Assembly (NCBI GenBank): GCA_000165425.1
Contig: CT868660.1
Span: 124,001-188,000 of the forward strand
Direction: 5' to 3'
Origin: Paramecium tetraurelia
Lineage: Eukaryota
Length of the DNA: 64,000 bases
The position numbers and the translations under genes were made by a program. The notes beneath the pieces are model-generated. The model searched no databases and was not told the DNA's origin. It was given only the letters and a program-made list of their open reading frames with translations. Positions 55,855 to 64,000 of this stretch are shown here, in pieces; position 1 is the first letter of the stretch; each line of letters starts with the position of its first letter.

Positions 55855-56754
55855 ATGAGTACAGAAATTGATATAAATAAGCTTAAAGCAGAAATAAAAA
55901 ATGACAAATAAAGAAGATTAATTCTCTTTGGAATATTTGCTACAGGGTTGATTGGTCTTTATGTTCTTGTGCATTTCTCTCCACATTTAACATAGTAAAC
56001 ACATTCATTTATAAATAGGGAAGAGAGAAAGATTGTCTATAGAATCCCCAAATACCCTCATCATATTGCAGAATTGTTAAATGTTATAAACAGATACACA
56101 GAAAATAATTAATTCTACGTTCTATTTGCCTTCATCTACCTTTATGTATTCATGCAAAGTTTTGCCATTCCTGGACCTGTATTTTTGAGTTTGCTTTCAG
56201 GTAAGAGAATTATTTCATTCCAAAAGGGCAATTGTTCGGTCCAATCCCAGCATTTCTATTGGTGTGTTTATGTGCCACAACTGGTGCAAGTTTATGTTAT
56301 GGATTGTCTTATTCATTGGCAAGAGGAATAGTATTAAACAGATTTCCTAATCAAATTGTGAATTTCAATAAGAAGATATCTTAGAATAGAGACAATCTAT
56401 TTTTTTATATGCTATTTTTGAGATTCACTCCATTGATTCCTAATGTTTCGATTAATGTTTCAGGACCTATTGTTGGCCTTCCATTTAAATATTTCTTCTT
56501 TGGCACATTATTTGGTAATACAACATTTGAACATTAGGATTAATGCCAGGAAACATCATCCATATTAGAACAGGATTATTGATTCAGGAACTTAATGATT
56601 TTTCTACAAGTTATCAAGTAAACCATTAAATCATTGATTTTAGGCTATATTGACATTGCTAGGTTTGTCTTTGATTGCTCTTCTGCCTACATTCTTTAAA
56701 AAGAAGTTGCAAGAATTGGATGAGAAGGGATTAAATAAATCAAAAAAGGAATGA
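55855..56754 (+). CDS. TMEM41: TMEM41/DedA (VTT, SNARE-associated) membrane protein
   Basis: YVFMQSFAIPGPVFLSLLSG, CATTGASLCY, FLRFTPLIPN. Confidence 0.9.
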
Positions 56755-57442
56755 AAATATGCATAATAAAAATAATCTAAATTTATTTTATTAAACAACA
56801 AGACCACTTTTAGAAATTATTTAAAATCAAAATCTGAGTTGTTTAATTTAAAATTTCGTTCACACAATGTTTTAACATACCTTATCAAGATCTAATATAT
56901 TAACTATTAACCCTGTAAAATATTACTTGATCATAAATTATTTTAAGTGTTTCAAAACAAATTTCAATTAATAAATTGAGTTTATTAGAATTAATTTTAA
57001 ATTTATTTATCCAAATTGTTTACAATATTGTATTAGCAGTAGTCCTATATATCATTCAATCTATAACACTATTTATTTATCATTGTGGACAATTAAGATT
57101 AATTCCATCAGCCTTTGATTATGGAGAATTTATGAATATCAAAAGACACTTCCAAAACTTAGACTATTTAAAATTCAAAATTTATTCTATAATATGGTAT
57201 AATAAAGTGTGATGATTTTTAGCAGAAAAAAATTTAGATTTGAATTAGTATGCTATTTTTAGATATTAGATAGAATAATAAAATACATCTAAGGTAATGT
57301 GTTTTCTAATTCTATTAATTTTTGGAATTATTGTCAGCGAATAATTTTTATATCTGAGTTTATTAATTTTATTATAAAACGAATATGCATATCAGTTTGA
57401 AGTAGTACATATTTCTAACTCTTCTTCAGTTTAAATCATTAA

Positions 57443-57782
57443 TCAGAAGGATTTTCTTTTTTAATTAACAGAGTCCTCCTTAGTTAGTTTAGTCATTAGT
57501 GTAAGTGAAAGTGTTATTTAATCATGAGGTTCACCTAATATTTAAGAATTCGATACTTGCTTAATTAGAAGTATTCTTAGATAAATTTGTTAAATTCAAT
57601 GTTTAATTAGTATTTGATTCTTACTCTAATGATGAATCAGTAGTTTTAGAATAATTAGTTATGGTAATTGTTTCTGAATTCTAAAAATCTGGAAGATCTT
57701 CGTCTTAATAAGAGTTTCTTTTCTTGGTTGATTTATCGTACTAGGTTAAGCAAAGGGTTTCACTTTACAAATTTACATTCAT
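57443..57782 (-). CDS. Possible small hypothetical protein
   Basis: Open frame from an ATG through one putative intron; low complexity; end uncertain. Confidence 0.3.
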
Positions 57783-57794
57783 AAATAAATAATA

Positions 57795-60700
57795 ATGTTA
57801 AATTAAACATTAAATGATGCTTAAATAGTGGCTGGCATAGACAATTTGAAAACCAAAGTATTTGTAAAGCTCTATTGTTTTAGAATCAATGTGCATATAA
57901 TTACGAGCTCTTTGCAAATGGGGAAAAACCATTATTATTGATGTGCACCCAATATCTGGCTGTGGATGACAAATTGAAGTGGAGTGTCTTTTTAAGTTAT
58001 GTACGCACTTTAAGTATGAGATATTATATCTATTAGAATTGAAGGTGGATCGACAATTCTATGTGAATTTAGGAAAAATATATGAGCAGATATTCGGCCA
58101 TTGTTATGAAGACGATCTCATTTATTTAGAGTCTGAGTTTGGCAAGCCTGCCGAGGGTTATCAAGACAATCAGTTATAGGAGCTGTTCTTTATGTTTTCA
58201 AAATGTTCACCTTTTAATAACGATGCTAGAACAGGAAGATTTCTTAAAATTGGTGCTTAATTGTAGCCTGAAAACCTAGATGATAGGTCCACCGTTGTTG
58301 CTGTTCAATTATTCAGAAAGTTTTTTATCTAATATGCTGATTATAACTTTAAAGTAAAGAACAATTTAAATTTCAGCAACCAAATCCATTTCATATAATT
58401 AAAAACAGCAACTCTATGCATTATGACACTACAGTTGTCAGAGAAAAGATTGTCAACTTGATGATGAAGAATCAAGACTTTTTAAATTACATAGAATAAC
58501 ATACCTCGTTATTTTAAAGTTAAGTACTTTTTGATTAACCAAAGAAGACTGAACATCAAAAGGAGAGTTTGATGAAGTTTTTCTATGAAAACACTGATCT
58601 ACATCATTTTATAATTATGGTATATGACTTATTGAACAAAGTAACAGAAGGAGAATTAAACTCAACTCTTCTTCTAAAACATATTTCCTTGCAAATACTA
58701 GATCCATTTATACATCCACTTGCATTGTCAATTTGCGATTTTTATGAATCAATATTAGAAGAAGAATATGAAGGGACAGAGGAAGTCAAGTAAATGAAAG
58801 AGAAGTACCTACCAAAAATTACATTTTTTAATATGGATGGGATAGATTTTGAATTCAATTACAAACTATTGGATACTTACTCAGATTCTTGTTAATATAT
58901 ATCAGTTGTAGATGAAATGTTGGAAAGTGATGATAATTCTTAAATGTTTGATTTAGTGACCAAAGACAAAAATTATTTCATGCAGGCTAAAAATTCATAT
59001 ATTATTCCTATTAGATAGAGTCATAAACAAAAAAGGTTAAATGATATGCATTTTAGACATATCTTAGATTTACTAGTATATCCCTTAATAAAATAATTCC
59101 AACCTTAGGTCATTATATTTAGTTATTCATTTGCATATTTCAATTAAGAGTCTGATATCCAATTGTCTTCAAAACTATTTACAGAAATCTCAACTCATCT
59201 CTCATTAATTAGCAATTATAAGGTGATATTCCTACCTAGAATTTTATCATCAGGAGTTTAAATTCAAGATCATAGATTTGAAATTGAACTCTTAAAAACG
59301 GACCATAAGAATATTTTATATTACTTGAATATTTATATTACTCAAGTTTAATAGAGCTTTAAGTTCTTACATCCATCTAATTAGCAACATTGTGAATTAT
59401 CACATTATGCTAACAATGCGATGAAAATTGTTAAGAGTAATAGCTTTTATGAGAAAAAAAGGTAAGGTAATATTTCACATTTTGTTTTAAATAAGGAAAA
59501 AGAAAGATATATGTTTGAAATACTATCAGGATTTCTTGAATCATGTCGAAGTAATAGAGTTTATTATGCATTAGAATCGTATTTACAGGAAGTTAAGGAT
59601 AAAGATAAACGCATGCAAGATCCCAATCTATAATGTTAAGATTTGTTATAATATAAACTATCTTACGCTAACCTTTTAGATAAATTATATCAATGCCATC
59701 AAAAGCATCTGTTTAGTAACCTATTCAAATCAACCTAATAACAAATTCATACTTATAAGTTACTATCTAAATAACATTAAAAGACATAAAGAAGGGAGGA
59801 TTCTTAATTTGTTTCTTTTTTAGCATAAGACTTAAAAGATTACATATACGTAATAGATAATTTAGTTAACAGTAATTCAATCGTATTTATTATAGATGAA
59901 CCCTAATTGTTATAAATATATCTCAGAAGATTACAATCTCCAGTTTACATCCATAATAGACTCACTCAGTATTTTGTGAATTATAAATTAAAGAGCATTC
60001 TTTTTATCAATGTCCTGTCCTTTATTGATATTCGAGATATTGGAATTGTAAGACGTTATTAAAAGCTAATAGATTCAAATAGGATGCATACTAAGTTTGC
60101 TTGGTGAATTATGAAAAATATCTTAATCCCATTTAAAAAACCAAATAAATCTGGGCAGAAATAGAAGTTATCCATGAAACACCCGAACCTCCTGTATTTT
60201 TTCGATCCTTGTGTTTTGATAAATTAAAGAATATCATCTATTGCATTTATGGCAAAGAGGCTAAGAATAATACATTATGTGATTCAATAGACATCTTCAC
60301 TTTTGAAAAAGTTTAAAATATGAATAACATTAGAACTCATTCAGAACCATTTACAGAGACAAAACTACCAAGAAAGCGAGTGATACTTATTTTGCCAGAG
60401 CATATGCTTCCTCTGTCGTATTCTCATTTAATTAACAATATAAACCTTATTCTGAAGTCTGGACTTTTGGAGGTTCATTTCTGTAAGTATTTGAAATAAG
60501 GTTAGAGGACATTATAATCAAGAATACTAGAATATGGGATTTTGCAATTTAGTAGAAAGATTATTTATAAGCGAAGACTCCTATAGATCTGAAAAAATCA
60601 ATAAGGAATTAATTATTCCATTATCAATGAGACCTATGTACGGATCTTTGATGCTAAGTGTTCAGTAAAATATTTTATTAGCAATAGAGACAACGACGAA

Positions 60701-62056
60701 TCTGCTATTTTAATAATTGGGGGATCTCAAAATGAACTCCTTGTAAATATTGATTAATAAGAGTACATTGGATATAAGTTTCAACAAATTGAGAATTAGT
60801 ATTATGTTAGTGCAATCACTAATGTTGGACAGAAAATCAACCCCATAAGCTTCTATTCACAAAATTAAAACATCTATTCTGAACTAGACAGGATCTTTAT
60901 TTTGAACGATGCTACTCAAATATTAGGAAAATCATATCGGTGCAACAGTGAAACCAATGAATTGGAAGAAACTGACCCTTTTTCCCCATATGGTATTTTA
61001 AGTATAACTGACCTTAAAATTTCAAATAATTTATCGACATAAGAGTTATTTCAGAAACAAAAAATATCTATAATAAGCATTGATGCTAAGAATGTGATTT
61101 TGAATGGCACCCAGGTTATATAACCTTTTGCTCAAATGCACAAAGCCATGAAATTTTTATATAAGGAACAGGACTATGTGAATTATTCTGCAAGAATTAT
61201 ATTTTAAGATAATGATGAAATAGTAGGTTTAATTAAAAACTATGAATGTACAAGATACATTCATTTATATGTAAACATAAAACAAGATGACACCATTCAT
61301 TAATGCTATCTAAAACCATGTTCTATGTGTGTTAGTTATTCTAATAAGTGTTTATATTTGCTTACTACAAATATTGAAAATGGATCTGTCTATTTTACAA
61401 TTTACAGTTATCAAATAAATTAATTGAATCAAGATATCAATTTAGCATTAAATAATAATAACACAAAATTGGTTTTGAATGTTTACACAATCTTTGCCAA
61501 AGTTGTCATGCACTTATCGAGTAATGTAGAAAGGATATTTAAGCAATTAACATGTGATGATGAAAACCTGTATTTGATTGGCGGATACATGGGACTTATA
61601 TATTAATAGAGTGATTTAGATTTATTACTACTTCAAGGATAGCATACTTATAAGTACCATAAGAACACAGAGAATACCAACAATGATAATTTCAAAATTC
61701 CATTTGATAATCCTGAATAATATCAGAAATTTGGACAAAGCAATAGGTATATGTATGAATCTCCCTACATTATCTGGATTAATTCATATTAAACTTTAAT
61801 TATTGAGAAAAACTTTAGATAAAAGTATTTCAGTGAAGTGATTGATAAAGTGCATCATGATTTCAAAATTTGGATCACTAAATTCGAAATATAAAGTAAT
61901 GAAACTTGGGAACAAGGAATTTTGGTTATTCCATCTTTTTTACTTTCCAAAGCATCTGTCGAAATGACATCTTAGGAAGTTACTGATAAATTTAAGGAAT
62001 AGATCTAACACAGAAAATTGGATTTATTTCTATAAAATACAAATACTGAAGTATGA
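57795..62056 (+). CDS. Large protein: catalytically degenerate HDAC-like domain plus Kelch-like repeats
   Basis: KITFFNMDGID...YISV...LNDMHFRHILDLLVYPLIKQFQPQVIIFSYSF...LSLISNYKVIFL; C-terminal IYCIYG, VWTFGG, ILIIGG, LYLIGG. Confidence 0.68.
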
Positions 62057-63574
62057 TATTCAATTTATAATTAAAATAGTTTGAAACTATTGTTAAAATT
62101 GTCGATTATGCATCAATTGATCAAAGAATCATATTAACTTGCGCAGTTCAAATGCTAAATTTTATCTAAGTGATGAGCTTTGAATTTTCACTCGAAAATT
62201 AAGAGGAGTATTTATTATAATACAAATACAATGGAATTCATTAATAACATCAACATGCTCGAAGATATTCAGTTCCAATTTTCATACCCAAAGTCACTCT
62301 TCTAGTAACAACTCAAAAATAAGCTACGATTGTTGGGTATCAAATATATGATCCCGTGAATGAACATCAAACACTCAGACAATCAAATTAGAGCTAAATC
62401 ATAGTTAAAATGAAGGAATAAATCAAAGTTTATAATCTGATTCCCTAAACCTGAAAATATCGATTTTTTATTTATTTTATCAAACTTTAATCATTTATAT
62501 AATTTCATCTAGAATTGATTATCATTATCTGAACAAAATTTCTTTAAAATGTTAATTTGATACTACTAAAGAGTAAAACATCATATCAAATGATTTGAAT
62601 ATGAAAATTTAAAGAAAATACTCAGTCAATGAAAATTATAAAAAAGTCAAGAATACTTTCCACTTTTATAAAATAATATCATTATAGTGTGGTTTAAACA
62701 TTTATTGAAAAATTATTATTGGTTGCATATACAATATAATGGAATTTTAACAAAAATAAAATTATCAGATTGTTTGATTGTATTATCAGAAACTTAGAAT
62801 TATATCAGAGAGCAGTCAGTTTTTAGTAACACAAAGTGAAATTTTGTAGAATAATACTGAATTTGTATGTGTAACTGCTAAAAATTTATGAAAATTCTAG
62901 ATCAAGAACACCTTAATTGCATTATTATTCACAAAAACAAATATGGTTATTATAACAAGGCTTATATAATAACCACATTTTTGTCAGAGTATGTTATGTC
63001 ATGATAAAAATTATTGAAGTAAAGTTAATATTTAGATTCTAGAACCATAATCTAGCACTTCTCTCAATTGTTTTCCATGCTTAGAAAAACAAATATACTT
63101 ATTAGATTTTACATTGAATTATCAAGTATGTCCTTGAATACTTTAATCCTGTTAGTTTGGAGAACTCGTAATAATTTAAGTATTTTGGGAATATTTGATC
63201 ATAATAAAATTTGATTGTTGGTTTAAAATTACTAAATTTATTTCTTTTATAATATTTTTTGATTTATCAATTTATGATTGCATATAAATAGAGTTGGACT
63301 CTTGTTATGAGTTCAAACAATTAATTCAGCGAAGATCAAAGTTTAACATCATAACTATATCATTTTAATTTTATATATAAATTATTTAAGAATTTTTATT
63401 TTATCATAATTCTTAAACAAATTTTTATTATTTATATCCTCCTAATTCCTTTGAATTTAGTGGATCAGAATTGATTCATACTATTATGAAATAAATCATA
63501 ATTTAAATGATATTAATTATCAAATGAAAAACTGCAATAATAAATTTCTAGATGTTAAATTATAAGGGAAATTT

Positions 63575-64000
63575 ATGGGTTCGAAAAAATTATGTTTTAG
63601 GAAACAGGGTAAAACATAAAAGATATCATTAAATAGGCATAATACCCTTTGTTTTTGGGCACAGTGGCTGGGACTCTCTTGCTTTACTTATATTGTGATT
63701 TTGTTTTACTCTAGAAATATTGTGAAATCCCCAATTTAAGTAAAGTAATTGTAACATTTCAGATACTATCAATATACTCAATGTTTAGAGTCAATATGAC
63801 AGGTAAACTACAAAGATTTAGATTTTTAGAACCTGGAGTATAAATGTAAACGATTTCAGATGATAAATATTTTGAAGGGAAATTATGTGAAAAGTGCAGA
63901 GCTATAAAAATTGATCGCTGTTATCATTGTAAATTTTGTGATCATTGTGTAAATGATTTTGAAGCACATTGTTTTTTTTAATGGCTACATGCATAGGCAG
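63575..64000 (+). CDS. DHHC palmitoyltransferase-like gene (partial; variant motif and apparent frameshift)
   Basis: NMTEPG...CEKCRAIKIDRCYHCKFCDHCVNDFEAHC; TCIG lies out of frame; runs off the window end. Confidence 0.7.

Noticed and set aside
62100..63500. Short open frames and Cys-containing fragments
   Set aside because: Interrupted by TGA with no recognisable domain; possibly pseudogenic.

Overview
AT-rich, gene-dense ciliate macronuclear DNA, most consistent with Paramecium. TAA/TAG read as Gln, TGA is the only stop, introns are about 21-30 nt GT..AG, and intergenic gaps can be as short as 8-41 nt. The supplied standard-code ORF track therefore fragments or misses most genes. Manual retranslation gives about 35 genes or pseudogenes. 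Recognisable ones include a Rab, two MORN proteins, a USP12/46-like DUB, an LRR protein, a NIF phosphatase, class II photolyase, prohibitin, V-ATPase subunit a, signal peptide peptidase, uS15m, a SNF1/AMPK kinase, two alpha/beta hydrolases, PKG, TMEM41 and a partial DHHC gene. The most unusual items are: (1) a TPR array with exactly one 102-nt exon per repeat and higher-order duplications; (2) a Myb + Rap1-C-terminal-like protein; (3) a DUSP-UBL-AZUL-HECT fusion; (4) two apparent pseudo-HDAC/beta-propeller proteins; (5) a Cid1/TUTase-fold protein lacking the catalytic aspartates. All calls come from manual motif reading with no database searches. CDS coordinates span introns.
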